NCBI GenBank assembly: GCA_031372705.1
Contig: JANMLV010000034.1
Location: 16,948 to 80,947, forward strand
DNA: 64,000 nucleotides
Reading direction: 5' to 3'
DNA from: Bacteroidota bacterium
Lineage (GTDB): Bacteria; Bacteroidota; Bacteroidia; Chitinophagales; BACL12
In this document: positions 30,294 through 40,442 of the stretch, piece by piece
How positions within the stretch are numbered: the first letter of the stretch is position 1
Layout: each line of letters opens with the position of its first letter
The notes under the pieces: model-generated
Database searches by the model: none
The model's input: only the letters and a program-made list of their open reading frames with translations
What the model was told of the DNA's origin: nothing
Made by a program: the position numbers and the translations under genes

Positions 30294-32804
30294 ATGATTT
30301 GGAGGGCACTTGGTAGGATAATTTTACGCAATCGCTGGGCATTTTTGGCCGGATGGTTGGTAATTACGGCTTTCATGACCTACCAGACCACAAAGGTGAA
30401 GCTCAGTTATGAGTTTTATAAGACAGTTCCGGAGAACAATAAAGCCTATAAAGATTACGAAGATTTTAAGGGGATTTTTGGCGAAGAGGGCAATGTTTTG
30501 TTTCTCGGCGTACAAACTGACCAATTTTTCGAGTTAGATTTTTTCAATGATTGGTGTGAAATGGAGGAGTCTATCCGCAATACACCTGATATTGAAAGCA
30601 CCTTATCTGTTCCAACTACCTACAACCTGGTTAAAAACACTGCTGAAAAGCGTTTTGATATTCAATCGCTGGTGGTGGACCATCCTAAGACACAGGCTGA
30701 ACTTGATTCGATAAAGCACGACTTTTTAAGGCTACCATTTTACAACAACCGCATTTATAGTCTCGATTCTAATACTTTCGTGATGTTGATTGCAATCGAC
30801 CGAGAAGTATTGAATTCTGCCAGAAGGATTTCAATGATTAACGAAATCAAGGCAAAAACAGAAGCTTTTGGTGCAGAATATAATACAGATATCAAATATT
30901 CGGGGCTGCCATATATAAGATATTATCAGCTTTCAACCATTACCCGTGAGGTAAAATTGTTTCTTATTTTAGCGGTACTCATCACCATTATTGTTTTATA
31001 TATTTTGTTTAGAAGCTGGGATGCCGTTGTGTTTCCATTGTTAATTATTGGATCCGGAGTGGTTATTTCAACCGGTTTTATGGCAATGTTGGGATACGAA
31101 TTCACCGTTTTAACCAGCTTGGTTCCGAGCTTGCTCATTGTTATGGGTATTCCTAATTGTGTGTATTTACTCAATAAGTATCATCAGGAAGTTCGCCGAA
31201 ACGGGAATAAAATTAAATCACTAAGCCTTACTATCGAGAAACTTGGTTTTGCCACATTCATTACAAACATGACCAAAGCGGTTGGTTTTGTGGTTTTCTG
31301 TTTTACCAATGTGCGCATTTTGGAGGAGTTTGGTTTAATTGCAACAATCGGTGTTTTAGCAACTTTTATTATTTCATTGGTTGGTATTCCTGTGGTTTAT
31401 AGTTTTTTACCACCTCCTAAAGCTAAACAAACAGATTATTTAGAGAGCAAGCAGCTCAAGTTTATTCTAACTAAATTAGAATCTTGGACGAGCAATCACA
31501 GAAAGCAAATATTTATTTCAGCAATAATTATTATAATCGTTTCCGGTTTTGGTGCTGCCAGATTAGAATCAAAAGGTTACATTCTGGATGAGGTGAAACA
31601 AACCACCGAAGTTTACCAGGACATGAAATTTTTTGAGCGCGTATTTCATGGTGTAATGCCTTTTGAAGTAATGGTTACCAAGAAACAAGTGGTAACGTTT
31701 GTGCAAGATACAATTGTAAACGAATCGCTTGAAATTATTGAAGCAGATACTATTATACATTATGACACTTTAGTAGTAAAACGACCGGATACTTCAGGCA
31801 CTAATGTGATGGGAATGGCTACCATAAAAAAAATCGGCCAACTGCAAGATACGTTAGCCACTTATCCTCAATTATCCACTTCACTTTCGGTATTGGATGG
31901 ATTAAAATTTGCACGACAAGCATATTACAATGGTAGCCCGCGCTACTATGCGTTACCCGATTTTAATACCTTAACCAGCAACGACCTTAAAGTAATTGAT
32001 TACCTTGAAAACTCAGGCCAGAAAGGGGTTTTGGAGAATAGGTTTGTTGATTCAAAAGGGGAAATTGCGCGCATTAGCGTTCAGGTTGCCGACATTGGAA
32101 GCGATAGTATGCCGAAATTAATAGCGGATTTGCAGCCAAAAATTGATGCTATATTCGACAAAGAAAATTATGATGTTAAAATAACAGGAACAAGTATTGT
32201 TGCATTGTCGGGATATCAATATTTAATTGATGGTTTATTTGAAAGTTTATTAATTGCATTAATTGTTATTTCATTGATATTATTATATCAATTCCGCAGC
32301 TTACGCATGCTTGCCATTTCGTTTTTACCAAATTTAATTCCGCTGTTTATTACAGGTGCCATAATGGGCTTTATGAATATTGCTATTAAGCCGTCAACGG
32401 TTTTAATTTTTAGTATTGCTTATGGTATGTGTGTCGACTTTACCTGCTATTTTATTGCTAAATATAAACACGATTTAATTCGCAACAGTTTTAATATTCC
32501 AAAAACAGTAATGAGCAGTTTACAAGAAGCAGGTGTGAGTATGATTTACACCTCATTGATTTTGTTCTGTGGGTTTTTCATTTTTGTATTCAGTAAGTTT
32601 GGTGGTACGGTGAACATGGGATTGTTAACTTCAATCACCTTGTTAGTTGCCTTGTTTAACAACTTGTTATTATTGCCGGCGCTTATTTTGTTATTTGAAA
32701 AAGGGTTGAACAAATCAAATAGCAAGCTGAAGGCTCGTGCCAATGTAAAGGCTCAACGACCATTTACCGACTTAATTAACAACAACGAAAAGGACAGTAA
32801 GTAA
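30294..32804 (+). CDS. RND superfamily / MMPL-type exporter
   Basis: Two 6-TM bundles, each preceded by a large extracytoplasmic loop, about 836 aa. ATG at 30294; the track start is TTG. Confidence 0.7.
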   Translation: MIWRALGRIILRNRWAFLAGWLVITAFMTYQTTKVKLSYEFYKTVPENNKAYKDYEDFKGIFGEEGNVLFLGVQTDQFFELDFFNDWCEMEESIRNTPDIESTLSVPTTYNLVKNTAEKRFDIQSLVVDHPKTQAELDSIKHDFLRLPFYNNRIYSLDSNTFVMLIAIDREVLNSARRISMINEIKAKTEAFGAEYNTDIKYSGLPYIRYYQLSTITREVKLFLILAVLITIIVLYILFRSWDAVVFPLLIIGSGVVISTGFMAMLGYEFTVLTSLVPSLLIVMGIPNCVYLLNKYHQEVRRNGNKIKSLSLTIEKLGFATFITNMTKAVGFVVFCFTNVRILEEFGLIATIGVLATFIISLVGIPVVYSFLPPPKAKQTDYLESKQLKFILTKLESWTSNHRKQIFISAIIIIIVSGFGAARLESKGYILDEVKQTTEVYQDMKFFERVFHGVMPFEVMVTKKQVVTFVQDTIVNESLEIIEADTIIHYDTLVVKRPDTSGTNVMGMATIKKIGQLQDTLATYPQLSTSLSVLDGLKFARQAYYNGSPRYYALPDFNTLTSNDLKVIDYLENSGQKGVLENRFVDSKGEIARISVQVADIGSDSMPKLIADLQPKIDAIFDKENYDVKITGTSIVALSGYQYLIDGLFESLLIALIVISLILLYQFRSLRMLAISFLPNLIPLFITGAIMGFMNIAIKPSTVLIFSIAYGMCVDFTCYFIAKYKHDLIRNSFNIPKTVMSSLQEAGVSMIYTSLILFCGFFIFVFSKFGGTVNMGLLTSITLLVALFNNLLLLPALILLFEKGLNKSNSKLKARANVKAQRPFTDLINNNEKDSK

Positions 32805-32913
32805 TTCTTGCTGCATTATGGTTAAATATGGCGGTTTATCGCCATCTTCCCTCATTTTATCGAATACCGTGCTTAAAACCGACTTAAGCATCCTTCCTTT
32901 GCCCCGAATCTAT

Positions 32914-32921
32914 TAAATTTG
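32914..32921 (+). promoter_or_regulatory. putative -7 promoter box for ileS operon
   Basis: TAAATTTG matches TAnnTTTG, 44 nt upstream of the ileS ATG. Confidence 0.4.
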
Positions 32922-32964
32922 CACGCTTAATCATCAGGCATTAATAGTTGATGATTATTTATAT

Positions 32965-35900
32965 ATGTCTAACAATAAATATCCTGAATTTAAACAACTC
33001 AATCTGCCCGTATTCGAGAAGGAAATACTGCAGTATTGGAAAGATAATGATGTATTCCGCAAAAGTGTTGCAGAACGCAGCACAGAGCGGCCATTTGTAT
33101 TTTACGAAGGCCCTCCAAGTGCCAACGGTACTCCCGGCATTCACCACGTATTGTCGCGTGCATTAAAAGACTTGTTTTGCAGATATAAAACCATGCAAGG
33201 GTTTCGTGTTGAACGTAAAAGCGGTTGGGATACGCATGGTTTGCCGGTGGAGCTTAGCGTTGAAAAACTATTAGGCATTACAAAGGAGGACATTGGCAAA
33301 AAAATCAGCGTTGAAGAATATAATGAGCGTTGCAAGAGTCAGGTAATGCAATTTAAAAATCAATGGGAGGAGCTAACCGACATTATGGGCTATTGGGTGG
33401 ATATGGAAAAACCGTATATCACTTATGATAAAAATTATATTGAATCGCTTTGGTATATTTTGAAGCAGCTATATGATAAAAATTTGCTGTATAAAGGATA
33501 TACCATTCAGCCATATTCACCGGCGGCAGGTACCGGTTTAAGTTCACATGAATTAAATCAGCCCGGAACATACAAATCATTAAAAGATACCACCATTGTT
33601 GCACAATTTAAAGTGATTAAAGATGATCACGTTGTGCATCCAAAATTATTTGCAGGTCACGACGACGTGTTTTTTCTTGCATGGACAACCACACCTTGGA
33701 CTCTGCCAAGTAACTGCGCGTTAGCTGTAGGAAAAGAAATTACCTATCAGCAAATTGAAACGTTTAATCAATACACCGGTAAACACATTTCGGTGATATT
33801 GGCACAAGATAGAGTTGCGGCTTATTTTAAGGAAGAAAATAAAACGCATTTACTTGATGCCGAAAATAAATTGAGTTGGAAAATTGTTTCGGAGTTTAAA
33901 GGTAAAGATTTAACAGGTATTAAATACGAACAATTATTACCTTACCGGCAACCTGAAACCGGCGATGCATTTAAAGTAATAATTGGTGATTTTGTTACAA
34001 CAGAAGATGGAACAGGTATTGTTCACATTGCACCAAGTTTTGGAGCAGATGACTTTCGGGTAGCTAAACAAAATAATATTGGTACATTAACATTAGTTGA
34101 TAGGGAAGGAAAATTTGTTGATGGCGTTGGTCCATTTAGTGGCATGTTTGTTAAAAATTACAAGGATGATGAAAAGTGGGAAAACCCCGACGTATTAATT
34201 GCCATTCAATTAAAGGAACAGAATCGCGCATTTAAAGTTGAAAAATACGAACACAATTATCCGCATTGCTGGAGAACAGATAAACCGATTATTTATTATC
34301 CTTTAGACAGTTGGTTTATTAAAACAACGGCTGCAAAAGAACGTTTAATTGCACTAAATAAAACCATTAACTGGAAGCCACAAAGCACCGGAGAAGGGCG
34401 TTTCGGCCAGTGGTTAGAAAACTTAGTTGACTGGAATTTATCGCGTTCCCGCTATTGGGGTACGCCATTGCCAATTTGGAGAACAGCAGATGGAACAGAA
34501 GAAATTTGTATTGGTTCGTTTGAGCAATTGCAGGAAGAGATAGTTAAAGCAAAAGATTTAAATCTGCATTTGCCGGCCGATTATGATGCACGTGTTGCTT
34601 TAGATCCGCATCGCCCATATGTAGATGCAATTGTTTTGCGCAGCGCTTCGGGAAAACCGATGCAACGCGAGGCCGATTTAATTGATGTTTGGTTTGATTC
34701 AGGAGCAATGCCATTTGCACAATTGCATTTCCCATTCGAAAATAAGGAACAATTTAAAAACAACTTCCCTGCAGATTTAATTGCAGAAGGTGTTGATCAA
34801 ACAAGAGGTTGGTTTTTTACTTTACATGTTATAGCAACATTAATGAATGATAGCGTTGCTTATAAAAATGTAATTAGCAATGGATTGGTTTTAGATAAAA
34901 ATGGAAATAAAATGTCGAAGCGTTTAGGCAACGGCGTTGATCCATTTAAAACAATTTATGCCTATGGAGCAGACGCCACTCGTTGGTATATGCTAACGAA
35001 TGCACAGCCATGGGATAATTTAAAATTCGACAACGAAGGCATCATTGAAGTGCAGCGAAAATTTTTCGGTACACTTTACAATACCTATTCATTTTTTGCA
35101 TTGTATGCGAATATCGACGACTTTGATTTTTCGCAGCAGGAAATACCAATGGAGCAGCGTTCAGAATTGGACCGTTGGGTAATTTCTTTATTAAACTCGC
35201 TCATTAAAGAATGTGAAACTAGTTTCAATGATTATGAGCCCACTCGAGCCGGTCGCGCAATTCAAGATTTTGTAAATGATCATTTAAGTAACTGGTATGT
35301 TCGTTTAAGTCGCCGACGTTTTTGGAAAAGTGACGACAGTAACGACAAGTCTGCTGCTTATCAAACATTGTATACTTGCTTGCAAACCATTGCACAATTA
35401 ATGGCACCAATTGCACCATTTATGGGCGAGTGGTTATATCGTAATTTAAATCAGGTTACCGGAAAAATTGCTGCAGATTCGGTTCATTTGTCATTATTTC
35501 CAAATTATAATAATGCATTAATTGACCATGAATTAGAAGAAAGCATGCAATTGGCTCAAGAAATTTCATCTACAGTATTATCGCTAAGAAAGAAAGAGAA
35601 TATAAAAGTGCGTCAACCGCTTTCTAAAATAATGATTCCTGTGTTAAACCAATCAATCGTGAAACAAATTGAGCATGTTAGCGATTTGATTCGTTCTGAG
35701 GTTAATATCAAAGCAATTGAGTTTATTTCGGAAGACAGTGGGGTAATCACCAAGAAAATTAAACCAAACTTTAAGGCATTAGGACCTAAGTTGGGTGCCG
35801 ATATGAAGACAATTGCTTCAAAAATTACTGCATTTACCCAACAAGAAATTGCAGAATTGGAGCAAAAAGGTAGTTTTACCATTACAGAATCCAATAAAAA

Positions 35901-36273
35901 TTTCGAGATTGCGTTAGAGGATGTTGAAATTGGAAGTGAAGATATTCCCGGCTGGTTAGTGGCCAATGCGGGTCATGTTACAGTAGCGTTAGATGTAACA
36001 ATAACCCCTGAATTGCAGGCCGAAGGTCATGCCAGAGAGTTTGTTAGTCAGCTCCAGCGTATGCGCAAAGACATGCTTTTAGAAATTACCGATCGCATTT
36101 CAGTTGTGTATGTAACAAATTCTGAGGAACTTTCGGCAGCCTTGGTGAATTATAAACATTATATTTGCGCCGAAATTTTGGCAGATTCAATCACCCAAGA
36201 TAATACCCTTAAAGCAACCGAAGAAATTTCAATTAACGACCTTCAAATAAAGGTTCTAATTCAAAAAAATTAG
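32965..36273 (+). CDS. ileS: isoleucine--tRNA ligase (type 2)
   Basis: PSANGTPGIHHV (HIGH) and KMSKRLGN (KMSKS) motifs, 1102 aa, class I editing synthetase layout. Confidence 0.95.
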   Translation: MSNNKYPEFKQLNLPVFEKEILQYWKDNDVFRKSVAERSTERPFVFYEGPPSANGTPGIHHVLSRALKDLFCRYKTMQGFRVERKSGWDTHGLPVELSVEKLLGITKEDIGKKISVEEYNERCKSQVMQFKNQWEELTDIMGYWVDMEKPYITYDKNYIESLWYILKQLYDKNLLYKGYTIQPYSPAAGTGLSSHELNQPGTYKSLKDTTIVAQFKVIKDDHVVHPKLFAGHDDVFFLAWTTTPWTLPSNCALAVGKEITYQQIETFNQYTGKHISVILAQDRVAAYFKEENKTHLLDAENKLSWKIVSEFKGKDLTGIKYEQLLPYRQPETGDAFKVIIGDFVTTEDGTGIVHIAPSFGADDFRVAKQNNIGTLTLVDREGKFVDGVGPFSGMFVKNYKDDEKWENPDVLIAIQLKEQNRAFKVEKYEHNYPHCWRTDKPIIYYPLDSWFIKTTAAKERLIALNKTINWKPQSTGEGRFGQWLENLVDWNLSRSRYWGTPLPIWRTADGTEEICIGSFEQLQEEIVKAKDLNLHLPADYDARVALDPHRPYVDAIVLRSASGKPMQREADLIDVWFDSGAMPFAQLHFPFENKEQFKNNFPADLIAEGVDQTRGWFFTLHVIATLMNDSVAYKNVISNGLVLDKNGNKMSKRLGNGVDPFKTIYAYGADATRWYMLTNAQPWDNLKFDNEGIIEVQRKFFGTLYNTYSFFALYANIDDFDFSQQEIPMEQRSELDRWVISLLNSLIKECETSFNDYEPTRAGRAIQDFVNDHLSNWYVRLSRRRFWKSDDSNDKSAAYQTLYTCLQTIAQLMAPIAPFMGEWLYRNLNQVTGKIAADSVHLSLFPNYNNALIDHELEESMQLAQEISSTVLSLRKKENIKVRQPLSKIMIPVLNQSIVKQIEHVSDLIRSEVNIKAIEFISEDSGVITKKIKPNFKALGPKLGADMKTIASKITAFTQQEIAELEQKGSFTITESNKNFEIALEDVEIGSEDIPGWLVANAGHVTVALDVTITPELQAEGHAREFVSQLQRMRKDMLLEITDRISVVYVTNSEELSAALVNYKHYICAEILADSITQDNTLKATEEISINDLQIKVLIQKN

Positions 36274-36277
36274 CATC

Positions 36278-36745
36278 ATGGCAAAAAAACCAGCTAAAAA
36301 GGTGGTAAAAGCAGCAAAGCCAAAGGCAAAAGTTGCACCCCAAAAGAAAGCAGTAGCAAAGGCACCGGCCAAAAAGGCAGCAAAAAAAGTGGTAGCTAAA
36401 GCATCGCCCAAAGCGCCTAAGAAGGCTGTTGCAAAAAAGGCAACTCCTGTAAAACCTGCAAAAAAGGCTGCGGCAAAACCTGCTCCTAAGCCGGCAAAAA
36501 AAGTTGTAGTAAAAAAGGCGGCACCGGTAAAACCGGTAAAAAAAGCGGCAAAACCTGTTGCCAAAGCGGTACCTGTTAAAAAAGTTGCTAAAGCACCGGT
36601 TGTAAAAAAACCGGTTATAGAACCAATTGTTAAGAAAGCGGTGAACGCACCGGAAGTAAAAAACGTTACCAAAGCGGAAGTAAAAGAAAAAGTAGTGAAA
36701 AAGGCAGTAACAAAACCGGGGACTTCAAAACCGTCGAAAAGAATA
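36278..36745 (+). repeat. coding low-complexity Lys/Ala/Pro/Val repeat region
   Basis: Reiterated AAA/AAG-GCx codon tracts. They also generate the spurious antisense ORF at 36256-36672. Confidence 0.85.
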
Positions 36746-37195
36746 ATGGCTCCACTTCCAAAGTTGGAACCTAGAAGAATATTAAAACCACAGGCACCGA
36801 AACCTGTTATTCAAATAAATACGGATAAAAGAAGCCGTTACAATGATGACGAATTAGCGGAATTTAGGGAGCTGATTGTCGGTAAATTAGAAACATCGCG
36901 CAGCGAACTTAAATATTTGCAAGAACAAATAAGTAGGAGCAGCGAAATGGGCGACGATTCTGATGCCCGTTTTAAAGGGTTAGAGGATGGCACTTCAACT
37001 TCTGAACGCGAATATTTGAGCCAAATGGCATCACGTCAAATTCAATATATCGGACATCTTGAAAAAGCATTAATCCGTATTGAAAACAAAACGTATGGTA
37101 TTTGTCGCGAAACCGGAAAATTAATTTCTAAAGAGCGTTTACGCGCAGTGCCACATGCTACGTTGAGTATTGAAGCTAAAACAGGCAAAGGGTAA
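36278..37195 (+). CDS. DksA/TraR-family protein with roughly 180-aa histone-H1-like Lys/Ala/Pro-rich N-terminal extension
   Basis: Residues 1-155 are KKAxAKPxxK-type low complexity. The C-terminus (RYNDDELAEFRELI ... YGICRETGKLISKERLRAVPHATLSIEAK) is the Bacteroidota single-Cys DksA/TraR form usually found between ileS and lspA. Confidence 0.75.
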   Translation: MAKKPAKKVVKAAKPKAKVAPQKKAVAKAPAKKAAKKVVAKASPKAPKKAVAKKATPVKPAKKAAAKPAPKPAKKVVVKKAAPVKPVKKAAKPVAKAVPVKKVAKAPVVKKPVIEPIVKKAVNAPEVKNVTKAEVKEKVVKKAVTKPGTSKPSKRIMAPLPKLEPRRILKPQAPKPVIQINTDKRSRYNDDELAEFRELIVGKLETSRSELKYLQEQISRSSEMGDDSDARFKGLEDGTSTSEREYLSQMASRQIQYIGHLEKALIRIENKTYGICRETGKLISKERLRAVPHATLSIEAKTGKG

Positions 37196-37198
37196 TAA

Positions 37199-37882
37199 GT
37201 GAAAAGATCCTACCTTGCAATTGCAATAATATTTTTTGTTTTACTGATAGATCAGGTAATAAAGTTTTGGATTAAAACCACCTATCCATTGGGAGGTGGT
37301 TTTGATATTTTAGGTTTGGAGTGGGCAAAAATTCATTTCGTTGAAAATGAAGGTATGGCATTTGGTATGGAACTCGGCGGTAATTACGGAAAATTAATAC
37401 TTTCTGTTTTTAGGTTAATTGCCGTATTCTTTATTGGCTATTATTTATATACACTAATTAAAACAAAAACTTCCTGGGGATTAATTGCAAGCATAGCTTT
37501 AGTTTTTGCCGGCGCAATGGGCAATATTATTGATAGTGTTTTTTATGGTGTAATTTTTTCTGAATCTACATTTTCTCAAATTGCGCAATATATGCCGGCT
37601 GAAGGAGGATATACAACCATATTACATGGGCATGTTGTCGACATGTTTTATTTTCCAATGTCACAAGGGCGATATCCGGAATGGATGCCATTAATTGGAG
37701 GAAAATTTTATTTATTTTTTAGGCCTGTTTTTAATGTTGCAGATGCAGCAATAAGCATTGGTGTGATTTCAATTTTATTATTTCAGCGCAGCATATTTGT
37801 TCAGCCGGCTGATGAACAAAAAACAAATTCTTCAACTATTACAATTACAGACGACGATAATATTAACGAGCATAAATCGTAG
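37199..37882 (+). CDS. lspA: signal peptidase II (lipoprotein signal peptidase)
   Basis: GNIIDS and FNVADAAISIG motifs and 4 TM segments. GTG start 4 nt after the dksA-like stop. Confidence 0.85.
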   Translation: MKRSYLAIAIIFFVLLIDQVIKFWIKTTYPLGGGFDILGLEWAKIHFVENEGMAFGMELGGNYGKLILSVFRLIAVFFIGYYLYTLIKTKTSWGLIASIALVFAGAMGNIIDSVFYGVIFSESTFSQIAQYMPAEGGYTTILHGHVVDMFYFPMSQGRYPEWMPLIGGKFYLFFRPVFNVADAAISIGVISILLFQRSIFVQPADEQKTNSSTITITDDDNINEHKS

Positions 37883-37943
37883 GCCCAAATAAATTTATCG
37901 GCTACGATATACTTTTTCCTTGAGGTTAATTTTAAATAATCAG

Positions 37944-38894
37944 ATGAATAATATCGAATCTTTACAGCAGTTTTACCAGCAGGAAATCGTACCGGGGTTA
38001 AGCACCCTCGAAGCCATGCGTAAAGCTCAATTGCGCAGGGTTCGGTTTATGTGGATTGCAACCGTAATTTCACTGTTTCTTGGTTTTATTACTATGATGC
38101 CGCCACTTATTCTTGTGTTTTTGTTGATATCATTATTATTATATTTTTATTTTTTTGGTGTAAAACGCAATCGCCCCGATTTTAAATCTGAATATAAAAA
38201 AGTGGTAATTGGTAAACTTACGCAGTTTATTACACCTGAATTAGTTTTTACACCAAACTTATTTATTCCGCAATCAAAATATAATTCCAGCAAAATATTT
38301 TTATCTAATCCCGACATTTATAAAGGAGAAGATCTGGTTGCCGGCAAAATTGATAAAACACAAGTAGAATTTTGTGAATTACATACACAAGACAGGCAAA
38401 CAGATCACAAAGGGAGAACCACTTATGTCACCATTTTTAAAGGGTTGTTTTTTATAGCAGATTTCAACAAGCACTTTACAGGTCAAACCTATGTGCTCAG
38501 CGATTTCGGAGAAAGATTTCTTGGTGCCTTTGGAAAAATGATGCAAGGTTTAAGTATAGGAAGACCCGAAGTTGTAAGAATGGAAAACCCGATTTTTGAA
38601 AAACAATTTGTAGTTTACAGTTCTGATGAAACAGAGGCAAGATATATTTTATCAACGGCAATGATGGAAAGAATTCTTGCATTTAAAGAAAAAACAAAGG
38701 CAAATATTCAATTATCGTTTGCTGATAATAATATTTATATGGCAGTTCCGCTAAAAAAGAATTTCTTTGAACCTTCAATTAGACGTTCTGTAATGAATTT
38801 TGATGATGTTAAAGATTATTACGAGCAATTACTTTTTTGTGTGGCAATTGTAGATGAGTTGCAATTAAATACTCGAATTTGGTCGAAGCAATAA
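37944..38894 (+). CDS. DUF3137-like membrane protein
   Basis: N-terminal helix plus two TM segments, then IFKGLFFIADFNKHFTGQTYVL-type core. ATG at 37944. Confidence 0.5.
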   Translation: MNNIESLQQFYQQEIVPGLSTLEAMRKAQLRRVRFMWIATVISLFLGFITMMPPLILVFLLISLLLYFYFFGVKRNRPDFKSEYKKVVIGKLTQFITPELVFTPNLFIPQSKYNSSKIFLSNPDIYKGEDLVAGKIDKTQVEFCELHTQDRQTDHKGRTTYVTIFKGLFFIADFNKHFTGQTYVLSDFGERFLGAFGKMMQGLSIGRPEVVRMENPIFEKQFVVYSSDETEARYILSTAMMERILAFKEKTKANIQLSFADNNIYMAVPLKKNFFEPSIRRSVMNFDDVKDYYEQLLFCVAIVDELQLNTRIWSKQ

Positions 38895-38922
38895 AATTAA
38901 TTAACGGCACTTGTAGTTTAAA

Positions 38923-39810
38923 TTATTGTTGCTTAAGGTGGTAAACGTGAAAAGTAATTCTCCAACTGTTGTTCTCCAATCCCGTACTCAATTCTATTTC
39001 AACTACCATGTCGGCAAACTGTGCTTCTTCAAAGCCGGGGTTTGTATTTAAAGTAAGCCAGCTGGTTGTAAAACTGCTATAAACCGGTCCCGTAAAATTG
39101 TAGGTGTCAGAAATGGTATTGCAACACGTTAATTTAATTGAGTTGAAAGCGTTGACTAATTCATCATATTTTTTTCTTGCTTCAAGCGAGTCGGTCCCAA
39201 CAAATAGCATTGAATAATATACGGCTTTGCGCTCAGCTGTGGCGGTATAAATACGAGCATAACCTGCATTTTTTGCCATTATAGTGCTATGCCAGCCACT
39301 TGAGCGATTAATAAGTTCAGGCCTGGCAATTCCTTTATAGTTGTCGAAATTATTAGGAAAATCCATTACTATTTTGGCTGCCATTTGCGTAAACGAGAGC
39401 TCAGGTGCAGTCTTTCGCGTATTTTGCTCGGCTAAGGAGTCTGCTTCAAGGTACGATTGCCAAAATTTTTCATCGGCATTTAGGTTATTAGTTTTACCCA
39501 GGGCTGTTGAATCAGCACCTTTATAAATATTATCTTCAAAAACACCAGAAATTACCTCTCCGGTAGCTGTGTAAAAGGAGCCTGTGCCGTGCAGACCATT
39601 AAATTTAAATCCTCCCACATAAAAAGCCCCGGTCGCCCAGTCGTATCTGCCATAACCATCTCGGGCACCCGCTACCCAATTTCCGGTGTAATAATCACCA
39701 TTTTCTAACCTAAAAACGCCATATCCATCATTGCAATCGCCAACTATGCATTGACCAAACATCGAGTAGGTAGTCAAACTAAATATGCTAATTAATATTA
39801 TGTTCTTCAT
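38923..39810 (-). CDS. MORN-repeat secreted protein
   Basis: Signal peptide. YYTGNWVAGARDGYGRYDWATGAFYVGGFKFNGLHGTGSFY gives consecutive MORN (YxGxWxxgxxxGxG) repeats. Confidence 0.7.
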   Translation of the reverse strand: MKNIILISIFSLTTYSMFGQCIVGDCNDGYGVFRLENGDYYTGNWVAGARDGYGRYDWATGAFYVGGFKFNGLHGTGSFYTATGEVISGVFEDNIYKGADSTALGKTNNLNADEKFWQSYLEADSLAEQNTRKTAPELSFTQMAAKIVMDFPNNFDNYKGIARPELINRSSGWHSTIMAKNAGYARIYTATAERKAVYYSMLFVGTDSLEARKKYDELVNAFNSIKLTCCNTISDTYNFTGPVYSSFTTSWLTLNTNPGFEEAQFADMVVEIELSTGLENNSWRITFHVYHLKQQ

Positions 39811-39836
39811 TATTGATACAGCCTTATAACGACAAT

Positions 39837-40352
39837 TTATTTATGGTTATGTTTCTTATTAGGTCTATCTTTTTCACTTTTTGAAGTAAAATTGCCTGAA
39901 AGTATACTGATATTGCCATTTACCTCAAGCATGCTTAAATCTACATCAGCAATACTTTTAACGCCGTGTTCCCTTACAGCAGTAACCAGTTCATCAGTTG
40001 AAATCCGCGCCCTACGCAGATTTAAGTCATTTACTTTGCCTTTGTAAATTAAAACAACCGGATTTCCTTCTAAAAACTTTTTGGCGTTTGAAGAATAGGT
40101 TTCCAGCATTTTTAACAAAAAATTGATTCCAAACAAAACCATAGCAGCAACTATCCCGCCAAGAAGTGTTGTGTCGGGCCCCAGCATAGCATTTTGAACA
40201 GCATTGCTTATTAGTAATATCAATACGAAGTCTACAACACTCAATTGAGCAATTTCGCGCTTACCCATTAAGCGAAGTCCAAATAGTACAATAATATATA
40301 TTACGCCAACCCGCAGCACAATCTCAAGTAAATTATTCACGTCGATGTTCAT
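39837..40352 (-). CDS. DUF421 (YetF-like) membrane protein
   Basis: Three N-terminal TM helices followed by a soluble domain (NPVVLIYKGKVNDLNLRRARISTDELVTAVREHG). ATG at 40352. Confidence 0.7.
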   Translation of the reverse strand: MNIDVNNLLEIVLRVGVIYIIVLFGLRLMGKREIAQLSVVDFVLILLISNAVQNAMLGPDTTLLGGIVAAMVLFGINFLLKMLETYSSNAKKFLEGNPVVLIYKGKVNDLNLRRARISTDELVTAVREHGVKSIADVDLSMLEVNGNISILSGNFTSKSEKDRPNKKHNHK

Positions 40353-40442
40353 GGTTAAACCTTTTGAAGCGAAAGGTATAAATAAAATCTGTTGTTGCCT
40401 GAACAAGCAAATGGGCAATAGCGGTAATTACCCGTTACATGT

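Noticed and set aside
32805-32964. A possible T-box or other leader RNA upstream of ileS.
   Set aside because: There is only a 6-bp hairpin (ATGGCG/CGCCAT) and a -7 promoter box. I saw no specifier-loop or antiterminator architecture, and T-box leaders are not expected in Bacteroidota.
36256-36672. A 138-aa antisense ORF rich in Phe/Thr/Gly/Ala, opposite the dksA-like gene.
   Set aside because: It is the mirror image of the Lys/Ala codon repeats (AAR/GCN read as YTT/NGC). The low-complexity artefact has no independent support, and it overlaps the end of ileS.
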